Notes: generated by a model from the letters alone, not told the origin. A stretch of 64,000 nucleotides of DNA from Nitrospirota bacterium (GCA_963749655.1 CAVVOB010000021.1:32001-96000); one strand, 5' to 3'; shown: positions 9,292 through 20,904, counted from the first letter of the stretch. Made by a program: numbers and translations.

Positions 9292-9699
9292 CTATGCTTT
9301 AAGCTTCAGGAACATCCCCAAAGCCCGGTCGGAGTATTTGATATGGTTGAGCAGCCAGTCCACGCACAGGTCCGTTATCTCATCACCCAGCTGTTTGCTG
9401 AAGCCCTCCCTGAACAGGCGTGCCTTCTGCTTGTCGAAGGTCTTCACGAACTGCTCGTGCTGAGCCTTATGCTGGGATGTGCTGGAGTACTTGAAGCGGT
9501 CCATGTGTTTTTCTTCCGTCCCGAAGTGAAAAACGACATAGTCGGTCAGATACTGAATGATCTTCTCGAGTTCCTGCCTGTCGACCGCATTTTTGTCGAA
9601 GGATGCAAGCAGGCTGTTGATGCGGCTGAAAAGTTCCTTGTGCTGAGTATCGATTTCCGACGACCCCGACGCCAGGTTCTCGTTCCATTGTATCGGCAT
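9292..9699 (-). CDS. Bacteriohemerythrin
   Basis: IQWNENL, IDTQHKELF, HFGTEE, HKAQH, WLLNHIKYSD. Confidence 0.93.
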   Translation of the reverse strand: MPIQWNENLASGSSEIDTQHKELFSRINSLLASFDKNAVDRQELEKIIQYLTDYVVFHFGTEEKHMDRFKYSSTSQHKAQHEQFVKTFDKQKARLFREGFSKQLGDEITDLCVDWLLNHIKYSDRALGMFLKLKA

Positions 9700-9805
9700 G
9701 GTGTACTCCTTTTCCCCGGTGTTTGTGCCGCGGACCCGGTCCGCAGCGAGCCTGAACTATACCACAGTTTATAACGGTTACAATACAATTATTGCCGCGC
9801 GCCTT

Positions 9806-10276
9806 TCACTCCACAACCCAGACGGCGCAGTTTTTGGCTTCGTGAATGAGCCGGTTCGACGTGCTGCCGAAAAGGAACTCCTCGGCTTTTGATTTGTGAT
9901 GGCGTCCGACAACAATGGTGCAGCAGGTCAGGTCGCACCGCGTATCGAGAATGGCTTCGGACAATGAGGTGGAGTCTCCGACGCAGGACCGGATGCGGAC
10001 CTTGTCGGGATCGAACCCGGACTGGATCAGGATCTGCCGATACTTTTCGAGCATGATGTTCGCCTTTTCCAGGTGTTCTTTCGTCCAGGCGATCCGCTCC
10101 TGCTCGTCTTCGAAGAAGTCCTCCTCGGGCTCGGGAATGACCGAAAGGAGCGTCGCGCGGAAGCCGGGGAAACCGCCGAGAACGTCGGCAACGTACAGCA
10201 CTGCGCGGCGGGAGCTGTCGCTCTCCTCCACGGCGATCAGCAGGTGCTTGTCCTTGACCGGGTTGCCTGTCTGCAT
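9806..10276 (-). CDS. Universal stress protein
   Basis: LLIAVEESDSSRRAV, IVVGRH...FLFGSTSNRLIH...VWVVE. Confidence 0.9.
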   Translation of the reverse strand: MQTGNPVKDKHLLIAVEESDSSRRAVLYVADVLGGFPGFRATLLSVIPEPEEDFFEDEQERIAWTKEHLEKANIMLEKYRQILIQSGFDPDKVRIRSCVGDSTSLSEAILDTRCDLTCCTIVVGRHHKSKAEEFLFGSTSNRLIHEAKNCAVWVVE

Positions 10277-10316
10277 GAGGGGCTCCTTTTAAAAATGCAA
10301 TAACGTTTACAGTCTC

Positions 10317-10428
10317 TTGTTTCGAGTTTCGAGTTGCAAGATGATAAAAAAAGACCGACAGGGAACCTTCGACCTGAGACTTGTATCGAAACCTGAAACT
10401 CGAAATCCGAAACTAAAAACTCGAAACT
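10317..10428. repeat. Inverted heptamer arrays (TTTCGAG / CTCGAAA)
   Basis: tttcgag tttcgag on the left, aaactcg/aaatccg/aaactaa on the right. Confidence 0.65.
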
Positions 10429-11419
10429 ATCTCCCGGATATCCGCCGCAACTCTTCCCTCGCGTCTCCCAGGTCTTCCAAAAGCTCCCGCGTTTCTTCGT
10501 AATAGACCTGCGAGCCCAGGGAGAAATGCATCAGCACCCGGTTCAACTTCTCCGGGATGTAGGGATAGATCTTCCGGAGATTGTTCACGCGATTGCGGAA
10601 CACGATGTTCACATCGTCGGAAGTCAAACGATCGAGCAGCGCCGGGGCCTGGTCGAGCAGGCGGTAGGTGGTCACGTCGCCCCGGCCCGTGATGAAGAGC
10701 AGTACATTCCCAAGCCCGAAAAGGTCATACCCGAAGCGGCTCTCACCATGGCGGTAGTTGAAGTCGAAATCGATCCAGCGATAGCCGCCGGTTGCGTCGT
10801 CCCGGATGATGTGATCGCGCCTGATGTCGCCGTGCTTTTCGTTGTTCTCGTGCAGAAACCGGATGGCCTCGACGATCGTGATGAAGTCGTCGAGCAGACC
10901 CGGGTAGCGGTTGAAAAAAAAATATTCGTGGTCGTCCCTGATCTCAACCACGAGCTGCCCCAGCGTCCTGCCCTTGATATAATCGAGGATGCGGAGCTGT
11001 CCGCCCGATGAGTCCAGCACCGTTTTGCCCTGCATGAACTCCGGTCTGCCGCGCACCAGTTCGAGGATCCGCGCCTCCTTCTGGGGGCTCCTGACGCAGT
11101 CGAACACGAGGTCCCCGATCCTCGCCTGGAACCGCTCCCGGAACACCCATTTCAGTATCTTGACCTCGCCGGTCCGGAGGTCCCGCGCACGCTTGACCCA
11201 GAACTTCTGCTCGTCCTCGAGGCCGAACCGCCCCTCGCGCTCGTTGTTCCTGACGAAATACGGCACCCCGTCGAGAAGAACGACATCATCGTAGTCCACG
11301 CGAAAAAAATCGGCGGTGTCTTTGACCGTTACCCGTCTGGGCACGCGTTCGCGCGGAACCCACCTGCGGATCATGCGCAGAAGGTCCTTCTCGCTGAAAC
11401 CGCCGTACTCAACTGCCAT
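10427..11419 (-). CDS. Atypical Ser/Thr protein kinase-like protein
   Basis: VKILK, HGDIRRDHII catalytic-loop variant, WIDFD, YDLFGLG. Confidence 0.75.
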   Translation of the reverse strand: MAVEYGGFSEKDLLRMIRRWVPRERVPRRVTVKDTADFFRVDYDDVVLLDGVPYFVRNNEREGRFGLEDEQKFWVKRARDLRTGEVKILKWVFRERFQARIGDLVFDCVRSPQKEARILELVRGRPEFMQGKTVLDSSGGQLRILDYIKGRTLGQLVVEIRDDHEYFFFNRYPGLLDDFITIVEAIRFLHENNEKHGDIRRDHIIRDDATGGYRWIDFDFNYRHGESRFGYDLFGLGNVLLFITGRGDVTTYRLLDQAPALLDRLTSDDVNIVFRNRVNNLRKIYPYIPEKLNRVLMHFSLGSQVYYEETRELLEDLGDAREELRRISGR

Positions 11420-11472
11420 AGGGCGTCCTCATCCTAGTGACATTATATCAAGTTTCTCCTGACATAGGGCGT

Positions 11473-11650
11473 TGCCTGGGCCGCGGACCGCCGCACAGCG
11501 AAAGCCGGCGAGAGCCGGCGTCTTTAATACCGACGAGTACCGACGGACCCGACTGGATTCAACGAGAACCGACCGTCGACACTCGTCGCCTCTTTGTCTT
11601 CTCGCTTCCTCGTCAGCTTCAACGCCCGAACAGCCCGCGGCGCCTCGGCA
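11473..11650 (-). ncRNA. Candidate 6S-like rod-shaped RNA (about 178 nt)
   Basis: On the minus strand two long helices with many G-U pairs (16-bp inner stem, 11531-11546 with 11573-11588) flank an A-rich bubble of about 15 nt per side. Confidence 0.55.
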
Positions 11651-11842
11651 GAGAGGGATTCTTTTCAGGGGGCCTCCGGATCGCGGCGAACCCTTCCGAT
11701 AAAACCAGGGAATTTGAGCGCATTTTGCGGGAAGATCATGCATTGTTCCGCGGTTTTTTCTTGACTTTTCGGGCAAATAACGATAATTTCCCCTGTAACG
11801 AATCTGCATGGCCGGGCCATGCACGGAGGCGCTGAACCACTC

Positions 11843-12605
11843 ATGTCGTATCAGATAAAGACTCGAGATCTTCGAAGGTCCCATGGACCTTCTTCTGCAC
11901 CTCATCAAGAAGCACGAACTCGACATCTACTCCATCCCCATCGCTCTCATCACCCAGCAGTATCTCGAATACATCGACCTCATGAAGAGCCTCGACATGG
12001 AGATCGCCGGTGAGTTTCTCGTCATGGCGTCGACGCTCACGCATATCAAGTCCAAAATGCTGCTGCCTCCTGTCGAGGACGCCGATGCCGATGAAGACGG
12101 CGTCGACCCGCGGGCCGAGCTTATCCGGCGGCTGCTGGAGTACAAGAGCTTCAAGGAAGCGGCGGGCTCCCTCGAGAACAAGGAAGAGACCTGGTCGCAA
12201 GGTCTACACCCGGCCCGCGGATTCCCTGCCCGACGCCCCGACCGAGGATGAGCCCCTGCTGTTCGACTTTCACCTCTTCGACCTGCTCGCGCGCGCTGAA
12301 GGACGTCATGGCGCGCGTGCCCGATGCCGAGCTTCGAGATCACGGCCGAGGCCGTCTCGATCACGGAAAAGATTTCCCAGATCCTCGCCCGGCTCGAGAC
12401 GATCGACAGCATTCTTTTCACCGACCTCTTTGAAGGGAGCACGTCCAAGGCCCAGGTGATCGGCACGTTCCTGGCGATCCTCGAGCTGATCAAGACGCGG
12501 GTCATCAAGGCTTTCCAGATCGAGCAGTTCGGCGCCATCAGGATCATGAAGTCCGTCACCGACACGCAGAACAAGGACACGGCGACGGGGAATTTGTTTG
12601 GATAA
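11843..12605 (+). CDS. scpA: Segregation and condensation protein A (kleisin), frameshifted
   Basis: [48 protein letters not shown] spread over several frames. Confidence 0.9.
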
Positions 12606-12619
12606 ACCGAGAAGAAGGC

Positions 12620-12694
12620 TTGAGTTGTGAATTTTTAGTGTTGAGTTAAAACAGCCGGTTAACTCAAAACTCAGAACTCAAAACTCAGAACTCA
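12620..12694. repeat. Inverted heptamer array (TTGAGTT / AACTCAA)
   Basis: ttgagtt...ttgagtta, spacer, then aactcaa aactcag aactcaa aactcag. Confidence 0.75.
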
Positions 12695-12699
12695 CCATA

Positions 12700-13548
12700 A
12701 TGAAACCCGACATCAAGACACTCGCTCACGAAAAAAAGTTCGGCGACATCGAGACGGCGGTCTACGAGGACCGGTCGCTCATCGGCGACTTGGTGCAGCT
12801 CCTTGCCGAGAAGAACGGCGATGTCCGGTCCGGCGTGCTGAATCTGCTGTCGCGCGTGGGCTTCGATTTTCCGAACGATACGCGTCCGCACCTTCCTGTC
12901 CTGATCGCCCTTCTGGACGATCCCGATATGTTCATCAAGATCGACGCGGCCAACGCGGTCGGGCAACCTGGGTTTCAGTTTCAAGGACTCCGCAACCAAG
13001 GCCGCGCCGAAGCTGAAGGCGCTCCTGGACCACGAACAGAGCCTGGTGCGGCAGGAGGCCGCCTACGCCCTCGGGAACATCGGCTTTGCGCACACGGACC
13101 TGGTCAAAGACACGGTCCCGCGCCTGATCGCCATGCTCGAACGGGGCGACGATGACGAACGCGAAGCAGCGGCGCATGCCCTGGGCAAGGTCGGCATCAA
13201 CGCTCCGGAGCTGATCCGCGGCATCCTGCCGAAGCTCGTCGAAGTGCTCGAGTTCTCGAAAGAGGCGACCTGCGGCGGCGTGCTCTTCGCGCTGGGAGCC
13301 ATCGGCCTGCACTATCCCGACGAGGTGGCAAGCCTGGTGCCGAAGCTGATGACCTACCTGGACAGCGGCCACCCCAACGCCGTCAAGAACGCGGTCGCTG
13401 CCTCGGGAACATCGGCAGCTCGAATCCCGAACTCGTCAAGGACGCGGTACCCAGGATACGGCAGATCATGGAAACGGCGACGGACATCGACGTCAAGATG
13501 AACGCCAAAGTGGCGCTCGGCAGGCTCGGCGATCCGGCAGCGATGTAA
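12700..13548 (+). CDS. HEAT/PBS-lyase repeat protein, frameshifted
   Basis: Repeats such as VRQEAAYALGNIG, EREAAAHALGKVG, VLFALGAIG, VKMNAKVALGRLG across frames. Confidence 0.78.
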
Positions 13549-13552
13549 AGCC

Positions 13553-13642
13553 AGTTTTTAGTTTTGAGTTTTGAGTTCTTAGTAATAGCAAAGGCGGATG
13601 TGCCGGTAGATCCATAACTCACAACTAAAAACTCAAAACTAA
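13553..13642. repeat. Inverted heptamer array (TTGAGTT / AACTCAA)
   Basis: gttttta gttttga gttttga ... aactcac aactaaa aactcaa. Confidence 0.75.
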
Positions 13643-13662
13643 TCACTCACCAGAGGTGAAGT

Positions 13663-14392
13663 TTGGAAGATCAGGAACTGAAATCGGCAATCGAAGCGAT
13701 CCTTTTCGTCGCAGGCAACCCGCTGTCCGTGGATCGGCTCCAGGGGCTGTTCGAGGAGACGCCGCGGGAGCAGATCGAGATGCAGCTCGCCGCGCTTTCC
13801 CGGGAATACGACGAGCGCGGTTCGGGCATCATGCTCGCGGAGGTGGCCGACGGCTACCAGCTGGCGACGCGGCCCGAGCAATGTCGCCTGGATCCGGAAG
13901 TTCAAGGCCGTCAAGGTATCGACCAGGCTGTCCCGGCCGGCGCTCGAAACGCTCGCCATCGTGGCGTACAAACAGCCCATCACCCGCACCGAGGTGGAAG
14001 CGGTGCGCGGCGTGAACATCGGCGGCATCATGCGCAATCTTATGGAGCGCAGGCTCGTCAAGATCGTGGGCAAGAAGGACGTTCCGGGCAAACCCATGAT
14101 GTACGGCACCACGCCGGAGTTTCTCCAGTATTTCGGGTTAAAGGACCTCTCCTCCCTGCCCACGCTCAAGGAGTTCCAGGAGCTCGAGGCGGGAGAAGAG
14201 ATCATGGAAGAGGTCCCCGCCGGCGAAGAGTCCGTCGACGTGGCAGGTGAAGAGGGCGCCGGCGAAGCGGCTCTTCCGAATACCGGACCGCAAAACGAGG
14301 CCGACAGCGCCGATGAGGCGGAGGCCGGCGAAGAAGTCAGCCATGACGAACCGGTGACGATGTCGTCAACCGAGGAGAACGGACCGGGATGA
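13663..14392 (+). CDS. scpB: Segregation and condensation protein B (kite), frameshifted
   Basis: IEAILFVAG, GYQLATRPE, AYKQPITRTEVEAVRGV, YGTTPEFLQYFGL; acidic tail. Confidence 0.92.
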
Positions 14393-15335
14393 TCGAACTT
14401 CAGGATGCCCTGCGCAAGAAAGAGATCTGGGCCATCGGCGGCGGCAAGGGCGGGATCGGCAAGAGCCTGATCACCGGCAATATCGGCATCCATCTCGCCC
14501 GCCTGAAGAAGAAGGTCCTGCTCGTGGACGCGGACCTGGGCGGGCGCCAATCTCCATACCACCCTCGGCATCGGCGTGCCCGAGATGACGCTTTCGGACT
14601 TCCTGAACCGGCGCGTCGAGAACATCCAGGACGTCATCATCAAGACCAGCATTCCCAATCTCTCACTCATCAGCGGCGCCCAGGACTTCCTGGACGCGGC
14701 CAATCCCAATTTTGCCCAAAAAGCGCGGCTGCTGCGCCACCTGGAGACCCTCGATGCGGACTACATCCTGCTCGACCTCGGCGCCGGCACGTCGTTCAAC
14801 ATCCTGGACTTTTTCCTCTTCTCCGACCACGGCATCCTCGTGGTGCTGCCCGAACCGACGGCCATCGAGAACGCCTACCGGTTCATAAAGAGCGCGTTCT
14901 ACCGCAGGTTCAAAAAGGTCGTGGCAAGCCAGAACATCAAGGACCTGATCGACGCGGCGATGGATCAGAAAAACTCCATGGGGATCCGCACGCCGCATGA
15001 CCTCATCGAGCGGGTGAAACAGATCGAAACGGGAAGTGGGCGAAATCCTCGAGCTCGAAGTGCTCAAGTTCAAGCCCAAACTGATCGTGAACCAGGTAAG
15101 AACAAAAAACGACATCCAGATCGGGTTCTCGATGAAGAGCGCCTGCCAGAAGTACTTCGGCATCAACCTCGAGTACCTCGGTTACGTCGAATACGACGAC
15201 TGCGTATGGCAGTCCATCCGGAGCAAGCGTCCGCTGGCCATCGAGTATCCCTACTCGCGGCCGTCACGGTGCATCGAGCGCATCGTCCACAACCTGCTCC
15301 GGAAGGAGCAGTTGACGCTCAGCATGCTATACTAA
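14389..15335 (+). CDS. MinD/FlhG-like P-loop ATPase, frameshifted
   Basis: IGGGKGGIGKS deviant Walker A, LLVDADLG, LLDLGAGT, PEPTAIENAY, KLIVNQ. Confidence 0.88.
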
Positions 15336-15523
15336 GCTTGACAGCCTGCAAGCTGCCGAGCCTGAGTTTTGAATTGCGGGTGCCGTGTTGCGAGGTCCTC
15401 AATTCCGCATTCCGCCTGTACCCAACGATTACGAGTGCGGATGCACGTAGTGCAGGGTGAAATCCGCATTCCGCATTTAAGGTCGCATGTCCGCTTGTCA
15501 ACGTGTCACGGAGTTGAACCACC

Positions 15524-16222
15524 ATGAAGAAGATCGAAGACCTCAATTACTACGAGCTGCTGGAGGTCCCTCCCACTGCGTCAGCGCAGGAGATTCATCG
15601 GGCTTATGAACGGGTCCGGAAGATCTACGAACCGAACAGCATTGCACTCTACTCGCTCTTTACGCCCGAGGAGACTGCCGCGATCCACCAGCGGATAGAG
15701 GAAGCGTACCGCACGCTTGTCTACGAGGACAACCGGCGGCGGTACGATGCGACGCTGAAGGGGGAGCCGGAGGAACTGCCTACGCCTGAGCCGACACGGC
15801 CCCGTCCCTCGCGCCCCTCCTATCAGTCGGCTCCGGCGCAGCCGGTGTTGTCACTGCCTGCGCAGAACCACTACCTTGCCTCCGAGGCGAAGCAGTCGCT
15901 GCCTTCTCCGAAGCCAGATCGGGAAGAGCCTGCAGCAGCTCCGGTATCGGAGTATATCGGGGAGTTTACCGGGCCCGCCCTCAAGGCGTTGCGGGAACAG
16001 CGGGGCCAGGACCTGCGCGCCTGCGCTGACCTGACGAAGGTAGGTCTGAGGTACCTCGAGGCGATCGAAGCGGAAAACTACCAGAAGCTGCCTGCCCGGC
16101 CATACTTACGCGGCTTTCTCATGCTCTATGCAAAAGCCCTCGGCTGCGATCCCGGGCGGGTGGCAAGCGACTATCTAAGGCGCTACGAGGCGATCATGAA
16201 ACCGGGGCAGGTAAAGAAGTAG
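15524..16222 (+). CDS. J-like domain plus RodZ-type helix-turn-helix protein
   Basis: NYYELLEV...EIHRAY...IEEAYRTL...RRRYD without HPD; C-terminal LKALREQRG...YLEAIE...YLRGFL..YAKALG. Confidence 0.8.
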   Translation: MKKIEDLNYYELLEVPPTASAQEIHRAYERVRKIYEPNSIALYSLFTPEETAAIHQRIEEAYRTLVYEDNRRRYDATLKGEPEELPTPEPTRPRPSRPSYQSAPAQPVLSLPAQNHYLASEAKQSLPSPKPDREEPAAAPVSEYIGEFTGPALKALREQRGQDLRACADLTKVGLRYLEAIEAENYQKLPARPYLRGFLMLYAKALGCDPGRVASDYLRRYEAIMKPGQVKK

Positions 16223-16302
16223 AGACCGCGACCAGCTATCAGCTTGAGGCTTGGCTGACAAGCTGGTCTTCTTGTTTAATTCCGCATTCCGAATTCCGCA
16301 AT

Positions 16303-19300
16303 TTATCCTTCTCTCCCCAGCTCCCGTTCCTTCCAGATCACATAGATGGCCGGATAGATGATGAGTTCCAGGATCGTCGATGTGACCACGCCTCCCACCA
16401 TGGGGGCCGCGATCCGCTTCATCACGTCCGCGCCCGTGCCGGTCGAAAACATGATCGGCACGAGGCCCGCGAGGATCACCGACACCGTCATGATCTTGGG
16501 CCTGATCCTCTTGACGGCGCCTTCCATGACCGCGTCTTCGATGTCGCGCAGGGTGCTGATTCTGCCTTCCTGCCGCCAGCGGTTGTACGACAGATCGAGG
16601 TAAAGCAGCATCACGATGCCCGTCTCGGCGTCGAGGCCAGCCAGCGCGATCACGCCGACCCAGACCGCGGTGCTCGTGTGATAGCCCAGGAGGTAGAGAA
16701 ACCAGACCGTGCCCACAAGGGAAAAGGGCACCGCCAGTAGCACGATCGACGTCTTGGTCCACGATGCCGTGTTCAGGTAGATCAGGACGATGATGATGAA
16801 CAGCGTGAGCGGGATGACGTAAAAGAGCTTGGCCTTCACGCTCTCCATGTACTCGTACTGCCCGCTCCACTGGAGCCGGTATCCTGCCGGGATCTTCATC
16901 TTTTCTGCGATCATCTTCTTCGCCTGCTTTACGTATCCGCCGAAGTCGCTCCCCTCGATAGTGAGCGTCACCGCCGCTGTAAGCCTGCCGCCTTCGCTCT
17001 GCACCATGCCCGGCCCGCGCGTGACGCGGATGTCGGCGAGCTGTCCCAGCGGCACCTGGGCCAACTCGGCATTGCGCACTGAGGATCCTTCCGGGGAGCC
17101 CATGGACCCGGCATTCGTTGACACCGGGACGAGCACCCGCTTCAGCTTCTCGATGTCGTCGCGCAGCTCGCGTCCGTAGCGGATGTTCACGGGATAGCGC
17201 TCGCGCCCTTCCACCGTGGTCGTCAGGTTCATACCGCCGATCGCCGACTCGATCACTTCCTGCACGTCCTCGATCCGCAGACCGTAGCGCGCGATCTCGT
17301 CGCGGTTGATGTCGAAATCGAGGAAATACCCCGTATTCGCCCGTTCTGCATAGACGCGCGCGTTCCCGGCACCTCGCGCAGCGTCCTCTCCAGGTCGAGG
17401 CCGATGCGTTCGATCTCGTCGAGTTTCGGTCCGAAGATCTTGAGGCCCAGGGGCGTCCTGATGCCCGTGGAAAGCATGTCGATCCTGCCGATGATCGGCA
17501 TGGTCCAGTTGTTGCCCACGCCGGGGATGGTGAGCGCCGTGTCCATGTCGTCGCGCAGGTCCTCCCATTTCTTGAACTGCGGCCGCCACTCGCTCTTCGG
17601 GCTTCGAGCGTTACATTGGTCTCGATCATCTCGAGCGGCGCCGGGTCGGTCGGCGTTTCCGCGCGGCCCGCCTTGCCGAACACCTGCTCCACCTCGGGGA
17701 ACTGCTTCATGATGCGGTCCTGGGCCTGCAGGATGCCGGACATGGTCGTGATCGACGCGCCGGGCACCGCCGTGGGCATGAACAGGAGCGTGCCTTCGTA
17801 CAGCGGCGGCATGAACTCCGAGCCGAGCTGCGGAAGGGGAAGATCGTGACGAGCACGATCACGATGGCGACGGCGATCACCGTCTTTCTGAACCGGAGCG
17901 AGAACTCCGCCACCGGGATGATAGACCTTGACGAGAAAATGGCTGATCGGGTTGTCGTCCTCATGCCGGATCTTCCCCTTGATGAACAGGGTCATCAGCA
18001 CCGGCGTGAGCGTGATGGCCAGAAAGCTCGCGAACAGCATGGAGAAGGTCTTGGTATAGGCAAGCGGCTTGAACAGCCTGCCCGCCTGGTCCTCGAGCGT
18101 AAAGACCGGCAGGAACCCGACGGTGATCACGAGCAGCGAGAAAAAGAGCGACGGCCCCACTTCCTGCGCCGCGTGGATGATCACGTCAACGCGCGAACCG
18201 TGGACGCGGCCCGCCTTCTCCCAGTCTTCGAGCTTTTTGTGGGCGTTCTCGACCATGATGATCGAGGCGTCCACCATGGCGCCGATGGCGATGGCGATGC
18301 CGGAGAGGCTCATGATGTTCGAGCTGATCCGCAGATAGTACATGCAGATAAAGGAGATGAGGATGGCGATCGGCAGCGTCAGGATCACGACCAGGGCGCT
18401 CGGCAGATGGAACAGGAAGACGATGCAGACCACGCTCACGGCCAGGCCGAGCTTGATCGATCTCTTCCTTGAGCGTGTCCACGGACCGGTGGATCAGCTC
18501 CGACCGGTCATAGGTCGTGACGATCTTCACCCCTTCCGGCAGCGATGGCGTCGATCTCTTTGATCCTGGCCTTGACGCGGTCGATGACCGACAGCACGTT
18601 CTCGCCGAACCGGACGACCACGATGCCGCCCACGGCCTCGCCCTTGCCGTCCAGGTCGGCCGCGCCGCGCCTGATCTCGGGACCGAGCTGGACCGCCGCG
18701 ATGTCGCGCAGCAGGATCGGCGTACCCTTGCCGTCGGTGCCGACGGCGATCTTTTCGATGTCGGCCTTATCCTTGATGTAGCCCCGGCCGCGCACCATGT
18801 ACTCCCGGCCGGACCATTCCACCACCCGGCCTTCGACGTCGCGGTTGCTCCTGCCGGACCGCCTCCATGATCTTCGATGAGCGACAGCTTGTAGGCGAAG
18901 AGCCGGTTCGGGATCGACGGTGATCTGGTACTGCTTCACGAACCCGCCCACGCTCGCGACCTGGGACACGCCGGGCACGGATTCGACAGCGTATTTGAGG
19001 GTCCAGTCCTGGAGCGAGCGGAGCTGGGCAAGGTCGTGCTTGCCGGTCTCGTCGACGAGCGCTACTGGAAGCCCCAGCCCACGCCGGTCGCATCGGGACC
19101 GAGCACGGGCGTCACGCCCGCGGGGAGCCTGCCGGGCACGCCCTGGAGATATTCGAGGACGCGGCTCCGCGCCCAGTAGATGTCGGTGCCGTCCTCGAAG
19201 ATCACGTACACGAAGGACAGGCCGAGGAAGGACTTGCCGCGCACCACGCGCACCTTGGGCGCCGAGAGCATGGACGAAACGATGGGATAGGTGATCTGGT

Positions 19301-19488
19301 CCTCGACCAGGTCCGGGCTCCTGCCTGCCCATTCGGTGAAGACGATCACCTGCGCGTCGGACAGGTCGGGGATCGCGTCGAGCGGCGTATGGTACACGGC
19401 CCAGACGCCCCAGCGCGGTCAGGAAGACGACAGCGAGAAAGACGAGGAACTTGTTCCGGGCGGATAGTTCGATGATTTTTGCTAACAT
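16303..19488 (-). CDS. cusA: CusA/CzcA heavy-metal RND permease, several frameshifts
   Basis: [58 protein letters not shown] across frames. Confidence 0.9.
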
Positions 19489-19503
19489 TGATGACACCAT
19501 TTT

Positions 19504-19610
19504 ATTAGTTCGGAGTTCATTAGTTCCACAACCCAAAACTCACCACTCAAAGACTTATAACTCTCTACCGCCCTTGTTCCCCAACTCAAAACTCAAAACT
19601 TGAAACTCCG
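19504..19610. repeat. Heptamer arrays between cusB and cusA
   Basis: aactcaa aactcaa aacttga aactccg and inverted tagttc units. Confidence 0.6.
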
Positions 19611-19617
19611 CACTGCC

Positions 19618-20781
19618 CTATTGCCCTGTCCTCAGCTGGCTCTCGGAGTCGATCAGGAAGTTGCCGGACGTCACGACGCGTTCGCCCTTCTTGATGCCTT
19701 TCAGGACCTCGACGTACTTTTCCCCGCGCACGCCGAGCGTCACGGTGCGCATCTCGTACACGCCGGGTTTTTTCTCGACATACACGATCTGGCGCGTGCC
19801 GGAATCGATCACCGCTTCGCGGGGAATGACGAGCCTCGATCCCGAGGAAACGATTGATCTCCACGTTGGCGAACATCTCCGGCTTGAGGAGCAGACCGGG
19901 ATTCTTCATCGCAATCCGCACCTTGACCGTTCGGCTCACGGGGTCGAGGACCGGGTAAATATAGTTCACCTTGGCGCGGTAGCGCCTCGCCGGAGGAGTA
20001 CGGCAGGGTCACGATGCGCGGTCTGGCCCGTCCTCACCAGGGGCACCTCGTACTCGTAGATATCGGCGATGATCCAGATGGACGAAAGGTCCGCGATCTT
20101 GTAGAGGTTCATCCCCGGCGGTGACGTAGGCGCCGTCGAGCACCATCTTGTCGAGCACGATGCCGTTCAGCGGCGCCTCGATGGTCATGTCGGTCTCGGG
20201 CTTGCCGGTCTTTTCGAGCTCGTCGATCTGCTGCGTCAGTGATGTCCCAGAGCTGCAGCCGCCGCTTCGCCGACTGCGAGCAGCTCATTGCGCGACGACT
20301 CGAGCTCCCCCAGATCGCCGGTCCCGGTCTGCGACGACCGCACGGACCGGAGCGCGATCAGATATTCCTCCTGGGCGGTCACGAGGTCGGGACTGTAGAT
20401 CGAAAGCAGCGGCTGCCCTTTCTTCACTTCCTTGCCCGTATAATCGACAAAGAGCTTCTTCACCCATCCCGCGATCTTGGTGTTCACGAAGGCCAGCCGC
20501 GTCTCATCGGGCTGCGACTTTGCCGACGGTGCGGATGCTGCTTGTCCAGAGGACGCGCTTCGGCAACGGCCGTGCGCACGCCGATCAGCTGCACCTTGTC
20601 CGGCGATAGGGTGATGATGGGAGCGGGCGTCTCCTGCTTCGGTTCCCGACCCCCTCGCAGCCGCTGCCTTGCCCTGCTGCTGCCCTGCATGGCCCGCATG
20701 CTCCTGGGCAAAGGCCGTTCCGACCGAGATGAAAACGACGAGTGAAAGGGCAAGCGACGATGCGTAGATGCGTGCAAGCAT
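19618..20781 (-). CDS. cusB: CusB-like RND periplasmic adaptor, several frameshifts (start approximate)
   Basis: KGQPLLSIYSPDLVTAQEEY, YIYPVLDPVSRTVKVR, LKPEMFANV, VTSGNFLIDSES. Confidence 0.85.
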
Positions 20782-20904
20782 GCGATAATGCGCGCAAACT
20801 CGCTCCCTATTCCTCTTTCCGCATTCGCACCCCTGCCCCTTGCCCCTTGCTGCTGGACCTGTCTTTTCAATATTCCGAATTCCGCAATCCGCAATTCGCA
20901 ATTT

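Noticed and set aside
11843-20781. Dense frameshifts in scpA, HEAT, scpB, ATPase, cusA and cusB as pseudogenisation or programmed frameshifting
   Set aside because: Single-base indels hit unrelated, otherwise intact genes with no in-frame stops, and also occur in nuoH, nitroreductase and the RND genes; best explained by uncorrected long-read error
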